The notes: generated by a model from the letters alone, not told the origin. A DNA stretch of 63,997 nucleotides, filler included, from Reclinomonas americana ATCC 50394 (GCA_048213135.1; 7 parts of 5 records of this genome joined end to end with filler, not necessarily neighbours in it), one strand, 5' to 3'. Counted from the whole stretch's first letter, positions 47,436 to 60,711 are shown. Made by a program: numbers and translations.

Positions 47436-50400
47436 CATCTGCGGTCTCGTTTGGCCCAGTCGCACTGTTGGCGCAGACTGGCAGTCCAGTGGTGACCATC
47501 AGTGGCGTTGGGTTGCAACCGGCAACCAGCGTGCGTGCTGTGCGGCTCGAGCCATCTGCTGTTTGCAGTAGCGCCACTGCAGACGCTGTGGCCGGGACCG
47601 TGCTCTCTGTCAACTCGACGACCGCGTCGGCAGACTTCACCCAGCTGTTTGTGCCGGTCAACGCCACTGCGTTGCTTCCGAACACCTACAGCGTGTGCAT
47701 TGACTTCTCGGCAAATGCCGCCAGTGGCGCCTATGTCAGAGTGTCCGCCGGATCGCTTCTTGTCGGTGAGTCGCCGCTGTCGTTGCGGACACTGGCAAAA
47801 CATTGTGCTTACGAGCGTACACTTTCCCAAAGTGAGCGCCACTGCGTTCTCGCCCGCCTCGTTGCTGGCACAATCGGCCAATGCGACGGTGACTGTTGCT
47901 GGTTCTGGGCTTGATTTCCCGCAGAGCGTGCGAGCCATTCGCTTTGAACCTGGTGTGGCTTCGTGCACGAGGACGACCGCATCCGCTGCCGCCGGGACTG
48001 TGACCGTCACAGATGCATACGTCTCCAATGCAGACAACACGCAANNNNNNNNNNNNNNNNNNNNNNNNNNNNNNNNNNNNNNNNNNNNNNNNNNNNNNNN
48101 NNNNNNNNNNNNNNNNNNNNNNNNNNNNNNNNNNNNNNNNNNNNNNNNNNNNNNNNNNNNNNNNNNNNNNNNNNNNNNNNNNNNNNNNNNNNNNNNNNNN
48201 NNNNNNNNNNNNNNNNNNNNNNNNNNNNNNNNNNNNNNNNNNNNNNNNNNNNNNNNNNNNNNNNNNNNNNNNNNNNNNNNNNNNNNNNNNNNNNNNNNNN
48301 NNNNNNNNNNNNNNNNNNNNNNNNNNNNNNNNNNNNNNNNNNNNNNNNNNNNNNNNNNNNNNNNNNNNNNNNNNNNNNNNNNNNNNNNNNNNNNNNNNNN
48401 NNNNNNNNNNNNNNNNNNNNNNNNNNNNNNNNNNNNNNNNNNNNNNNNNNNNNNNNNNNNNNNNNNNNNNNNNNNNNNNNNCTGGTGGTCACCGTGGGTG
48501 GTTCCGGTTTGCCTCCCAACTTGTACCTGGTATGTCTGGACCTGGCCGCCGGCTCAGCGACCGGTGATTTTGTGCAAGTCGGCACCAATCCCATTCTTGT
48601 CGGTCAGTGCACGCTTTGTGTGGAAAAAGAAAGTCTCGCCGTCACTTTTGCCGCGCGCTAATCTGAAGACTACAGCTTCTCTTGGTGACTTTGCGCCAAA
48701 CACCGTGCTCGCTTCGCGTCCCACCGCGGCTCTCAACATTACTGGTGTTGCGCTGGAGTGGGCCGTCAGCGTGCGCGCCATTCGGTTCGAACCTGGTTCT
48801 GTGTGCACCTCGGCAACCGCTGGGGCCTCTCCTGGGACAGTAGATGCCAGCGGCACAGTATCTGCGGTTCCACCGGCTGCGCTGCGGACTACAATCCAGG
48901 CGACTGTCGGCGGTACTGGACTCCCCGCTGGTCTGTACAGCGTTTGTGTTGATTTCACGGCGAACCCTCCAAGTGGTGGCTTCCAGCGTGTCGGCTCGTC
49001 ACTGCTCTTTGTCGGTACGTGTTTTCAGAGATTCGTCTGCATCTCTTGTGTAACGTGCTGAACAGGCAATCTTTTTTGCGCTCTTGTTCTGGCCACAGGT
49101 GCTGTGACAGGCTTCTCTCCCGCCTCCCTTGTGCGTGCAGTGCCCACAGAGGTGATTACCATTAGTGGCTTGGCGTTGGATGCAGTGACAAGTGTTCGTG
49201 CCGTCCGCTTCGAGCCCGGGTCATCGTGTTCTCTGTCGACATCATCAGCGACAATGGGCACGGTGGCAGCTGATGGAGTTGCTGCGGCTGTGGCTGGCAC
49301 AAACTACACGGTTCTTACTGCGGTCATTGGTGGCACCGGCCTTCCTGCCGGTCTCTACGCCGTGTGTGTCGATTTCTCGGCTGGTGCCTCAACTGGCAAC
49401 TTTGTGCAAGCCGGCTCAACACAACTTCTCGTTGGTACGGCTGCAATGTCAATCTCTCTCTTTGCATGTGCACCTGTTGCATTTAGTTCCAACTCGTTCC
49501 CCCCCCCCCCTGTTTGTGTGTACTCGCCACAGCTTCTGTGTCTTCGTTTGCTCCAACAACCTTGCTAGCGAACGACGCCAACCAATTGCTGACCATAAGC
49601 GGTGTGGCACTCAGCGCTATCAGCATCCGCACAGTGCGTCTGCAGACGACGGCCTCGTGTACGAGTTTGGCAAGCGACGTACCTGCTGGAACTGTTGTGG
49701 CCACCGGGGCTCCAGTTTCGACCATGGATCTTAGCCAGTTTAGCCTCGCCGTTAATGGCACCGGCATATTGCCAGGCGTCTACGTAGTGTGCGTGGACTT
49801 TACGGCGAATTCCGCTGCTGGAGACTTTGTCCGTGTCGGTGTGCTCAACCTGTTTGTTGGTACGTCATGAGACCCTGTCTGTTGTGTCCTGCATCCTGTT
49901 TCACCGCCACTCACGTGGGATGATGATTGTGTGTGCAGCGGCGCTGAGCGACTTTGCTCCTCGCACTCTTGCTGCCCTGCGTCCAACAGAAGTTCTCACC
50001 GTGTCGGGCATTGGTCTGACGCCGGGCACGAGTATCAGAAGCGTGCGCTTTGAGCCGCGTGCCACATGCACTCCGGCTGTTGCCGATGCAGTGGCTGGCA
50101 CTGTCACTGCTGGCGGACCGCTGCAGGCCTCTGCCGACTTCCAGTCTCTGAGCGTGGCGATTAATGGCACGGGATTGGCAGCCGCTGAGTATTCCGTGTG
50201 TGTCGATTTGACGGCGAATGCGCCAAGCGGGAACTTCCGTCGTGTCGGCAGTGCTGCCTTGCTCGTAGGTTTGGACTGCGAAAATCTCTCGCCTACGTCG
50301 TAGTCTGACGTCCTCTCATGAAATACTACTATTCGCGCGTTGCAGCCGATTCCACTCAGTTCGCCCCGCTTACTCTGGGACGAAACGATGCCAACCAGAC

Positions 50401-51817
50401 TGTGACCATCTCAGGAATCGCCCTGTATCCAACTCAGAGTGTGCGAGCACTTCGACTGGAACCAGGAGCGAACTGCACCTCGACGACAAGTGGGGCCGCT
50501 GCCGGCACTGTGAATGTGGCAGGTGGGCTGGTTGGTGCCGATGACGGCACACGACTGGCTGGCCGCATCGGCGGTACTGGGCTTCCACCCCAAGTTTACT
50601 CGGTGTGCGTTGATTACATTTCGAGTCCGGTGCAAGGGCGCTTTGTTCAGGTCCCCGCTGCGTCAAGTCTCCTTGTCGGTACGGCGTTCACGCACACGCA
50701 CACATATTGACCGAATAATTGTTCCTCAACCCATGTGCGCAGCTTCCGTCGCTTCCTTTTCGCCTGCGACTGTCGTTACGCAACAGAGTCAGGAGATCAT
50801 TCAGATCACCGGCGTTGGGCTGGACAGCAACATCAGCTTGCGCAGCGTGCGATTTGAGCCGGGGTCCGTCTGCTCGCCGCTGCTTGACAGCGCTACGGTT
50901 GGCACCGTTGTTGCCACTGGCGGCAGCGTCAACGTCGGTACCAATCACACTGTTGTCCAAGTCACCGTCGGTGGCAGCGGACTGCAACCAGGCCAGTATA
51001 GTGTCTGCGTCGATCTTTCCTCCAACGCTGTGACGGGAAACTTTGAGAAAGTGGGCATGACCAATCTCCTCGTTGGTAGGTGCCGTTTGTGTTGTGGTGG
51101 TCATTGCTGTTTTTCTCATTTCGTGTGTGCAGTTCGAGTGAGTGCGTTTTCGCCCCTCTACGCCCTCCGTGACGATGCCAGTGCATCTTTTGTTGTGACT
51201 GGCTCGGCTTTGGACTTTGGTACGAGTGTGAGCGCTGTTCGCTTTGAACCTGGTGCAAGCTGCACATCAACTGCAGCGAACGCAACTGCCGGAACTGTCA
51301 CCGCCACCGGCCCGTTTGTCGCGATGCTGAACAACACGCGGCTAAACGTAACTGTCGGCGGCAGCGGACTCTCGCCTGGCCAATATAGTGTGTGCGTGGG
51401 TAACACGGCCACTGGAATGTTCGAGGCCGCCGGAGCTTCGCTGTTGTCTGTAGGTATGTATCCACCGTACTCGGTTGCCTTCTGGCACATGATCCCTTCT
51501 GCATTTGCTGATTTGCCTGTCATTCAAAAGGCGGAGTCACCTCGTTCTCCCCGACTAGCGTACTGGCAGGCGATGCGAATGCTCAGCTGACCGTCACTGG
51601 TGCTGGACTCGAACCGGCCACATCAGTGGCTCAAGTGCACTTGGTTGCCTTGGGCGCGTCGTGTACTCCTTCCGGAAATAACGTGGTCCAAATCACGACG
51701 GATCTGCTCGCAAGCGGCGGTGCCACCCGCTTATCAACTCGTGTTGGCGGTTCTGGCATACCAGCAGGAGTGTACACACTCTGCGTTGGTTTCACCTCGT
51801 CGCCTGTGCGCTACACC
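47436..51817 (+). CDS. Internal part of a large extracellular protein of tandem ~110-aa IPT/TIG-like Ig domains, one per exon
   Basis: Exons are 47436-47765, 47833-gap, gap-48602, 48676-49014, 49099-49434, 49533-49859, 49939-50268, 50346-50678, 50743-51075, 51133-51453 and 51531-gap. Each reads F[SA]P..TISG.GL..SVRAVRFEPG..C..GTV..GG[ST]GL.PG.YSVCVD..G.F..VG..L.V. Confidence 0.85.
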
Positions 51818-52185
51818 NNNNNNNNNNNNNNNNNNNNNNNNNNNNNNNNNNNNNNNNNNNNNNNNNNNNNNNNNNNNNNNNNNNNNNNNNNNNNNNNNNN
51901 NNNNNNNNNNNNNNNNNNNNNNNNNNNNNNNNNNNNNNNNNNNNNNNNNNNNNNNNNNNNNNNNNNNNNNNNNNNNNNNNNNNNNNNNNNNNNNNNNNNN
52001 NNNNNNNNNNNNNNNNNNNNNNNNNNNNNNNNNNNNNNNNNNNNNNNNNNNNNNNNNNNNNNNNNNNNNNNNNNNNNNNNNNNNNNNNNNNNNNNNNNNN
52101 NNNNNNNNNNNNNNNNNNNNNNNNNNNNNNNNNNNNNNNNNNNNNNNNNNNNNNNNNNNNNNNNNNNNNNNNNNNNNNNNNNNNN

Positions 52186-53038
52186 GCTGATCACACCGAA
52201 TGTGCTGACTGAGCCGCTCTGCAACGAACCCACCGTCGTCACACTACCGCCGCTGATCACACCGAATGTGCTGACCGAGCTGCCCTGCAACGAACCTACC
52301 GTCGTCACACTGCCGCCACTGATCACACCGAATGTGCTGACCGAGCCGCTCTGCAATGTGCCCACTGTGGTCACACTGCCGCCGCTGATGACGCCGAATG
52401 TGCTGACTGAGCCGCTCTGTAATGAGCCCACCGTCGTCACACTGCCGCCGCTGATCACACCGAAAGTGCTGACTGAGCCACTCTCAAGTGTACCCACCGT
52501 CGTCACACTGCCGCCGCTAACCACACCGAATGTGCTAACTGAGCCGCTCTGCAGTGTGCCCACAGTCGTCACACTGCCACCGCTGATCACACCGAATGTG
52601 CTGACTGAGCTGCCCTGCAACGAACCCACCGTCGTCACACTGCCGCCGCTAACCACACCGAATGTGCTGACTGAGCCACTCTGCAACGAACCCACCGTCG
52701 TCACACTGCCGCCGCTAACCACACCAAATGTGCTAACTGAGCTGCTCTGCAGTGTGCCCACTGTCGTCACACTGCCGCCGCTAACCACACCAAATGTGCT
52801 AACTGAGCTGCTCTGCAGTGTGCCCACTGTCGTCACACTGCCGCCGCTGATCACACCGAATGTGCTGACCGAGCCACTCTGCAGTGTGCCCACCGTCGTC
52901 ACACTGCCACCGCTGATCACACCGAATGTGCTGACTGAGCTGCCCTGCAACGAACCCACCGTCGTCACACTGCCGCCGCTAACCACACCGAATGTGCTGA
53001 CTGAGCTGCTCTGCAGCGTGCCCACCGTCGTCACACTA
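52186..53038 (-). repeat. Coding 66-nt (22-aa) tandem array SVTTVG[TS]LQS[GS]SVSTFGV[IV]SGG, about 13 units visible
   Basis: The cacaccgaatgtgct motif recurs every 66 nt. Much of the variation falls at minus-frame third positions. Gaps bound the array on both sides. Confidence 0.9.
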
Positions 53039-56000
53039 NNNNNNNNNNNNNNNNNNNNNNNNNNNNNNNNNNNNNNNNNNNNNNNNNNNNNNNNNNNNNN
53101 NNNNNNNNNNNNTAGCGTAGTTGTCGACGTGTGTCCAAGCACAACGGTGCCCGACGACAAACTCAATACCGAGACGCCAGCGACAGAAGCGCTGACACTG
53201 GTCGTGCCGACGATTTGCACTTGCGGACCAGACAGCTGCAGGCTTGTTCCCGATCCCGTGCCGCCAAGCAGCACAGCAACATCGCCCAGTGTGGCATCGC
53301 GCCGCCGGAGAGCGATTTGCTGTCCAACAGTATCCACAAAGAGCTGGCTGAACTGCGTCGCCGAAGTCTTAGCGGTGACTGAAACAGTGGAAGTCGATTG
53401 GATACTGGCATCCACGGCTAACAGCGTCAACAGCGTCACACCGGCGGTGCCATCAGCAGATACGGATAAGCTGTTGGTCGCCAGCAACTGCACGTCGCGA
53501 ACAGAAGACTGCAGTGACCATTGTCCAGCGCTGAGGGCCACCGCAAATGCCGCAGAATTGTCAGGTTTAAGCACAGAGAACGACTGTACGTGATACACAA
53601 AACAGGTGGAAGTGTGAGGCACACTTCACGCAAAACATATACACATTGGCAAACGTACCGAGCCGGCGGTGGAGACCGCATTCGTCGACGACCCAAGGAC
53701 GACACTCGGGGCCGTCAGGGTAACCGACGTGCTGCCGGTGACCGCAACTGCACCGGCCAACAAGCCAACCTATAGCACGACAGCCAATTCACGATTGAGA
53801 AAGATTGTGAAAAGATATAGATTCCACGATTGCCACGCACCTGCGGAGTGGCGTTGCCCACTGCACCGATGAAAACATTGCCATTCACACCAATACCATT
53901 TCCGCGACCACCTTGAATCCGAATAGACCCGCCGTTAGTGTCGACGGTCGCTCGGTTGCTTCGACTGAGCACAAATTCGTCGTTGGCGTCAGGTCCCAGA
54001 ATGAGTGTGCTCCCACTCGACAACAGCACGCGTGATGCGGATGTCAAGACCAGATTGCCCGAGATCTGTACGCGTGCATATGCAAGGTTAGCACGTCGCC
54101 AGAACAACAAGTCAGTAGACGCTCACGAGGCACGCAGGACCTGCGTGGTTGCCGACGAAATTGTGGTCGTTGAAGTGGAGGTGCCGATGTTGACGGCAAG
54201 TGCGTTTGTGACGCCAACTTGCACCGCTCCGGCAGTGCCAGCTCCTTTACCGGCGTCGAGATACCTAAGATGCAGAGGCATCTGAGTGCATGAATAAATT
54301 CGGAACACGGGAAGGAATTCGATCACGCAACAGCGAGCCGGCTTGGAAGCTTGCATCCGCATCTTGACCTGTAATGTACATGGCGCCGGCCGTGGCCATT
54401 GTGCGACGCGGCCGCGTGATAGTATAATCACCAGTGTCACTTGCCGTGCCAAACAGGAGCAGGCCTGTTGACGGTATCAACACGAGGTCAGCCGCCGTGG
54501 TACGGATGATGCTTGGCACGATCAGATCACTTGTCAGCGTCAGGGATGAATTGATCGTGAGCTGCAGAAGGCGAGGAAAGTCAGGAGCTATACACACATG
54601 CATACACACACAACACAAATGCGCACCGCTCCATAAATCGTTACTGGAGTTGAGGCACTTCCAATGTCCACACGGCCGGTCGAGACATTGGTGCCGACTT
54701 TGACGGCGGTGGAAGCGTCGAGCAAAACATTGACAGCTTGAGTAGACACCGCAGCCGTGGCTGCCGAGCCAAGCACAACATTTCCCGAGACCGCATTCGT
54801 TCCCGTGCCTGCGGAGGCCGCAAGCCGAATGCTGCCACCCAGAGCATTGGCACCGGAAGAGGCAGGTCGTGTGATCACATACTCGAGACCGTCCGCAGGT
54901 CCAACAAAGATGCTGGAAGCAAATGGGAGCAGTGCTGCTGTGGCAGTGGAGAACTGAAGAGAGCTTGACACCTGCGGCGGCGGCAGACATGTCATCAAAC
55001 TCGACGACGAAGAAAAACTGGCTTGCGCACAAGAGGCATTTTGTGACGACGTACCGCAGCAGAACCCACGGTCAGCGGACTCACAACATTGACTCCACTC
55101 GTTGAAGCTGAGCCCAGTACAACGGCACCGTGCGCGGTGGTTCCCGAGCCACCACTCAGCACTCTGCACAAGTCCACCAAGCGTCAATGACAGCGATAGA
55201 TAACCATTGATGCTTTAGCAAACGCAACAGGTCTCCGCCAGTTCCGGCGGCGATCGACTGGCCAGCAATTGTTGTGGTCGTAGCGACCATTCCCGCGCCG
55301 CTATAGGTTGGGCGGCCAAGCGTGAAGGCTGCGGTGCCGTTGCCGAGATCGACTCTGGAGGTGACCGAATCCAGCTGCAAGTTGCCGGGGGAGCCCATCA
55401 GCCCTCCGATTTGCAACACGCCGGTGACCGACACCTGCGTGAGTTGATAAGGCAGCAAGAACACACAAGCAGCGCAAGCAGCCCGCTTACCGTGCCGAGT
55501 AGCGTCAAGGTGCCTCCCATGCGACCGAGAGTGGTCGACGTGGCCGTGGCACCCATCGTGAGGGTACCAGAAGAGTCCACAGAAGTCGACGTCTGCGACC
55601 GCAGAATCAACTGCGACCAGAGGATGGGTGAGTTAGTGTCACAAGAAACTCCCGCGGCGAAGGCGAAGCACAGTACCTGCGCCGTATCCGTGGAACTGCC
55701 GATGAAAATCCGTCCATTGGTGGCGGTTCCCTTGCCCGCCAGGATCACCGTGTCGGCACCAACTACGCCAGCCGCCACCGCATTGGGGCGGCGAATGGTA
55801 AACGTCGTCTGCGAGAGATCACCAAGCACCAGTTCGGAAGTCGCCGATATGATGCCGTTGTCAAAGTTGCAAGACACGGCACAGGAGATGGCCGCGCCGG
55901 CAACCGTCGCCGTACCCTGAATAAGGAGATTGCCCTTGACAGTGAGATTGCTGCCGGTGCGGCCGATAGAGGTTTCGCCGTGAATCTCTGTGGTGCCAGC

Positions 56001-56530
56001 GTCGTTGCCCACAATCGTCTGCAGCACGGGGTCAATAATTATCAGAAGCGTTCCACAGAAGAAGCACGACAGCCTGCCGAACCTTGGATGCATTCGCCGC
56101 ACCGAGACTCGCCACACCAGCAATACTCATTCCGGCACCAGCGTCAATGATACTAACAAAGAGCCGCCGCAACAGTGAAAAATGAGTAATCGTCGACACA
56201 AGGCCTGCTGCGGCGATTGGGAACGCAACATGTTGCCGCCAGTGGAATCCAGACTGCGCTGGCCAAGGATGGAGATGTCGACGGCAGCTGAGCCATCTGC
56301 GCGGTCACCCTTGGTGACGGTGAACGGCGCGGTGCGGGAGCCCAGGTAGAGAGTCGATGAAGCTGAATCAAGCGACAGGGTACTGCTGCTGCTAATCACA
56401 CTTCCGCCCACGGACAGCTGGCCAGAAACCTGGAGAGGCGAGTAAATACACCAGTGTCCCCGTGATAAACGAGGACCCACGCACCGTGACGGCTTGCCCA
56501 CCGCCTGGAGCAATGACGATTGGTTCGGCG
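52186..56530 (-). CDS. Internal part of a large Gly/Ser/Thr/Val-rich fibre-like beta-repeat protein (multi-exon)
   Basis: Spliced modules such as F/Y.I.RP....TI.GQ...GG[DNS][LI].L.AG.G...G.V.[LI]G repeat about six times and lead into a 22-aa tandem array. Introns are GT-AG and the frame is continuous. Confidence 0.75.
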
Positions 56531-56715
56531 NNNNNNNNNNNNNNNNNNNNNNNNNNNNNNNNNNNNNNNNNNNNTTAATTAATTAANNNNNNNNNNNNNN
56601 NNNNNNNNNNNNNNNNNNNNNNNNNNNNNNACGTACGTACGTACGTACGTACGTACGTACGTACGTACGTACGTACGTACGTACGTACGTACTACTACGT
56701 ACTACTACTACTCTA

Positions 56716-56845
<130 letters not shown>

Positions 56846-56906
56846 CTTCCCTCCCTCCGCTCTCTCCCTCCCTCCCTTCTCTCTCCCCCACACATCATCG
56901 ACTTAC

Positions 56907-57294
56907 CCACTGGCACATACACAAAGCCCAGCGCAGCACCTCCCATTGTCTGAGAGAGAGAAAAAAAGATCAACAGTGACTCTCACTCAAACACACACAG
57001 AGACAAAGACACACACACACCAGTGAAGTTGGGAGAGGTTGATTGACAATGCCCACAAGCTCAATAGTGTCGCCTGTCACACAGTGAGTGAGTGAGTGAC
57101 AGTGACTGAGATTCTCTCTTTGTCTCTCTCTCTCTCACTGACCAGTGTGCGCCAGACGAGCGGCCTTCTCCGCAGCCGCATAGCTGTGAGTGAGAGTGAG
57201 AGTGAGAGTCAAGTGACTGACGCTGACTGACTTGAGGAGAGAGTGCACTTTACCTGAATGAGCTTCCGTCGATACCAACAAGCCACTTGGTCAT
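56907..57294 (-). CDS. Universal stress protein (UspA domain), 5' part (4 exons)
   Basis: The spliced product is MTKWLVGIDGSSFSYAAAEKAARLAHTGDTIELVGIVNQPLPTSLTMGG.., with the typical USP beta1-DGS-alpha1-beta2 start. Confidence 0.8.
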
Positions 57295-57568
57295 TTCACA
57301 CAAGATCTCAACAAACACAAAATGAATGCAGGACACAAAGATTCGATTGTGGACCTCCCTCTCTCTCTGTGCGTGAAGTTAACGCTGAGTGTGCAGAGTG
57401 CACGGGGATGGCGACAACAAGTAATCGGGATCCGGACACTGCTGACAGTGTATTTCATGATTGATATTGGATCGCGGACGTCGACGGCTTTGATCTCTGC
57501 CGTTCTGCTTGCCTTTGTCATCCATCTCCTCCACCCAGCCTATCGGTTTACTCGTCTCTTCTACCAAC

Positions 57569-59457
57569 TCACTTGTTGCTGCTGGTACCTGACGGAGTCG
57601 GCGAGCTGCCAATGTTATTCTGTCCGGCGAGAATGGCGGCCATGAAGGCCTCCATCTTGCTGGCCTCTTTCGCCTGGTACTCGGTGAGCTGTTGCGTGAA
57701 AGAAAAGGAGAGAAAGAGAGAGAGGAGGGGGGGTGGTGGGGATCACACAGAATCGGGCGTGCGATCGCCAACAGACGGGTGACCCGTGGGTGAGTGATGT
57801 GGCGGGGAGCAGGGCGTGAGCAGGGGGAAAAGGAGCACTGACCTTGGTGTGTGCCTTTTCGGCCTTTTTCGCGCGGGCACACTGAATTTGGAACACACTA
57901 CGGAGCGGGTGGGTGGGTGGCGAAGCGTGGGAGAGGCGAGAAGCAAGGGACTTACCGACGACCCACATACGTCTCCATGTCGTGTGCGGCGGCAATCTCT
58001 GCACGCTGCTGCTTGGTTTTCTCGCGCGAGGAGACGGAGGGTGAGCCGGAGCTGCGCCAGGAGGGAAGAGAAGCAAAGCGAGGGTGTGAGAGAGAAGGAC
58101 AGGAGGGGAAGGACGGCAGCTGACATGAAGATGAGCACAGCGAGGGAGACAACATCGAAAGAAAGCGAGGTATGAGCTCACACGAAGAGCTATCTAAACA
58201 AGGGGAGGCAGCAGTGTGCCAACTGAGGTGAGGCGAGTGGCGTGAAACGGAGAATGAGTCTCCTGGGTCGCGAACGTGACAACAGAGTCAGACGAGATAT
58301 GTGGGCATTGCAGCTCCAGAGTGACTTCATGCGAGAAGCAGCAAGGAAGAGCAGTAAGCGCGACACAGAAGACACAAGAGTGAGCAATGCAGCTTCAGAG
58401 CGAGAGACGCAAAGAAGGACCGCAGCATGTGATACAGCGTGCCGAGAGCGACACAGAACAAGATGAGACGAGAAACGAGGGCACTGCAGACCAAGAAAGC
58501 GACTTGTGAGAGAAGCAACGAAGAGCAGCAATACAACTGTGATACAGTGCGCTGACTGCAGCACAGACGAGTCACGAGAGTGGACACTGCAAGAACAGCA
58601 AGGAAGGCCTGCAGCATGTGACACAGCTTGCAGAGGGCGACACAGAACAAGCTGCCCCAGCTCCGACGAGAGTAGAAGAACTGCGGGCCACGCAAATCTG
58701 CTTGCGAGAGAAGCAAGGAAGAACAGGAGAATGCAGTGCACATGTTAGTGTGCAGCACAGACGAGACAAGCACTGCGAGAACAGCACGGAAGGCCAGCAG
58801 AACGCATGCTGACAAGGACAAGACGTGCTACGAGCCACGAGATTGAGCGACTGTAGAATGTGACGCAGACGAGACAGGATTGTAAACACTGCAGTTCCTG
58901 AGTGGAGCGATGCAGCCTGTTGACTGCAAATCCAAAGTGGCTTCCCTGGAGAGATCCCAACAAGAGACACAAGTCGCACAAACTCAACTCATCAGCCATC
59001 GACGGACCAAAGCCTGCACCACCAACCAAATCAGTCACACCTCCCAGCCAATCACTCACTCACAAGCACACGCAACTCTCCTCTCTCGCTCCTCCACTCC
59101 CCCCCTCCGCAGCCTCCTTCTTCCTCCGCAACCGCTTCTCTCGCTTCTTCCGCTCCTTCTCTTTCTTCTCCTTCTTCTCCTTCCTGCGACGCCGACGCCG
59201 ACGTTCCTCGTCCTCCCTTCGCTTCTCCTTTTCGCGCCGGCGACGTCGCCGGTCGGCGTCCTCTGAGGCAGAGGAAGAAGAGGAGGACGATGAAGGCGAG
59301 CGGTGGCGACGACGATGTCGACCTTTGTGTGTCAAAGAGTGAGAGTGAGTGATTGTGCGTTGTTGAGTTGTGTTGCGTAACTGGACTCGTCGTCGGAGGC
59401 CGAGGAGGATGACGAGGAGGAGGAGGAGGGCGAGGCAGAGCGACTCCTCTTGCCCAT
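57569..59457 (-). CDS. Ser/Arg/Lys/Glu-rich, probably nuclear protein of unknown function (about 6 exons)
   Basis: MGKRSRSASPSSS..RHRRRHRSPSS..KEKKEKKEKERKK..REKTKQQRAEIAAAH..VFQIQCARAKKAEKAHTKLTEYQAKEASKMEAFMAAILAG..NK*. The frame is consistent, but one donor is ambiguous. Confidence 0.6.
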
Positions 59458-60184
59458 TGTCTTTGATTTGTGAGTGTGGGACTTGCGCGTGTCCTTTTCG
59501 CTTTATGAGGCGCGACGTTGTTGTTGCAGGCTCAGGTAACGGGCTGTCTGGATAACCGCACGTACTTCGCCACACTGGCACTGGTGTGTGAAGACAGCGG
59601 GTGCATTGTTGCTCTCGGAACGTCGCAGCGAGAGGTCCAAATCTTTGAAGTCATAAATTGGACATGAATTGCAAGCTCAAGGCCTCCGAGGGCCTTTTAA
59701 CTGTGTCTTTGTATGCTGTTGTTGTACCAAGGTCATTGTCGGCAATGTGGTTTGTTCTGCTCGTAACGGCACGTCTAGCATCATTCGTGCTGCAAGGGGA
59801 GACACCGATAATCACGCTTGTGACGTTGCTCCGGAGGTAGCAAGCGATGATAAGGGAGGAGAGAGACACCGATCAGTCGGCCACACACCCGCTGCGTCGA
59901 GTCAGCAGCAAGCGAAACGCAAAAAGCACGCACACAACGCAACAGTTCGTGACAGAAACTCCACGACTAATATCCAGGACACACAAGACTCTCTTCCTCT
60001 CACCCTTCCCCTTCTCCTTCCCCTCCCCTCTCCCCTTCCCTTCATACCCACAGCACTCATTCATTGACAGAGAGGCTACACCGAATGTACAAGCGAGTGA
60101 GAACAGCGGGGTGGGATGGAAAAAAAGAGGAGCCGGCGGCGACAACCCAACAGGCGCTCGGCGTGGATCTCTTTGTGTTTGTTT

Positions 60185-60711
60185 TTAGTCGCACTCCTCG
60201 GTGATCTTGAACTTCGGGTGCTTCGGAATTGCCCCTGTGTGACAAAAAGTGAGCAAAAAACCCCTCTCCCTTTCCCTCCCTCCAAGTCACGCAACAGTGG
60301 CAAAACTCGTCAAACAGAATGACGCCACCACCGTCGGCGTCGATCTTGCGGAAGGTGCGCTCAGGGTCCTTGACCTCGAGGCCCCACTCCTGCAGCAGCG
60401 GCACGGCGGCGATGAACTCGCGCAGGCCAATGCGGCGATCGTTGCTGGTGTCGATCTTGAGGAAGAGCTGGTACAGCTCAAAGTACCGCTTCAGGTAGAT
60501 GAGCAGGTGGCGGAACTCGGCGCGCTGCACGTAGTCGTCGCCAGCCGCCGACTTGCCGTGGTACTTGGCCTTGGCGGCGTTAAAGGCGCGCATAATGACC
60601 GGCTTGCAGTCAAAGATCTCGTGCAGCTGCAGCACCTCCAGCAGGCCGCGGTCGACCTCGGCCAGGGAGAGCAGGCCGTTGCCGTTCGGGTCGAACGAGT
60701 CGAACATGATG
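60185..60711 (-). CDS. Flagellar calcium-binding protein (calflagin/FCaBP-like EF-hand), 3' part
   Basis: MFDSFDPNGNGLLSLAEVDRGL..KPVIMRAFNAAK..DDYVQRAEFRHLLIYLKRYFELYQLFLKIDTSNDRRI..FRKIDADGGGVILFDEFCH|WAI. The T|GTTGCG intron restores the conserved F..WA. Confidence 0.9.

Noticed and set aside
51626-53593. 655-aa + strand ORF with PTVVTLPPLITPNVLTE repeats
   Set aside because: This is the antisense shadow of the minus-strand array, joined through Ns. The minus frame is the one continuous with spliced exons.
59530-59670. Short WD40-like peptide (IVALGTSQREVQIFEV)
   Set aside because: It is a single short stretch ending in a stop and is too weak to call a pseudogene.
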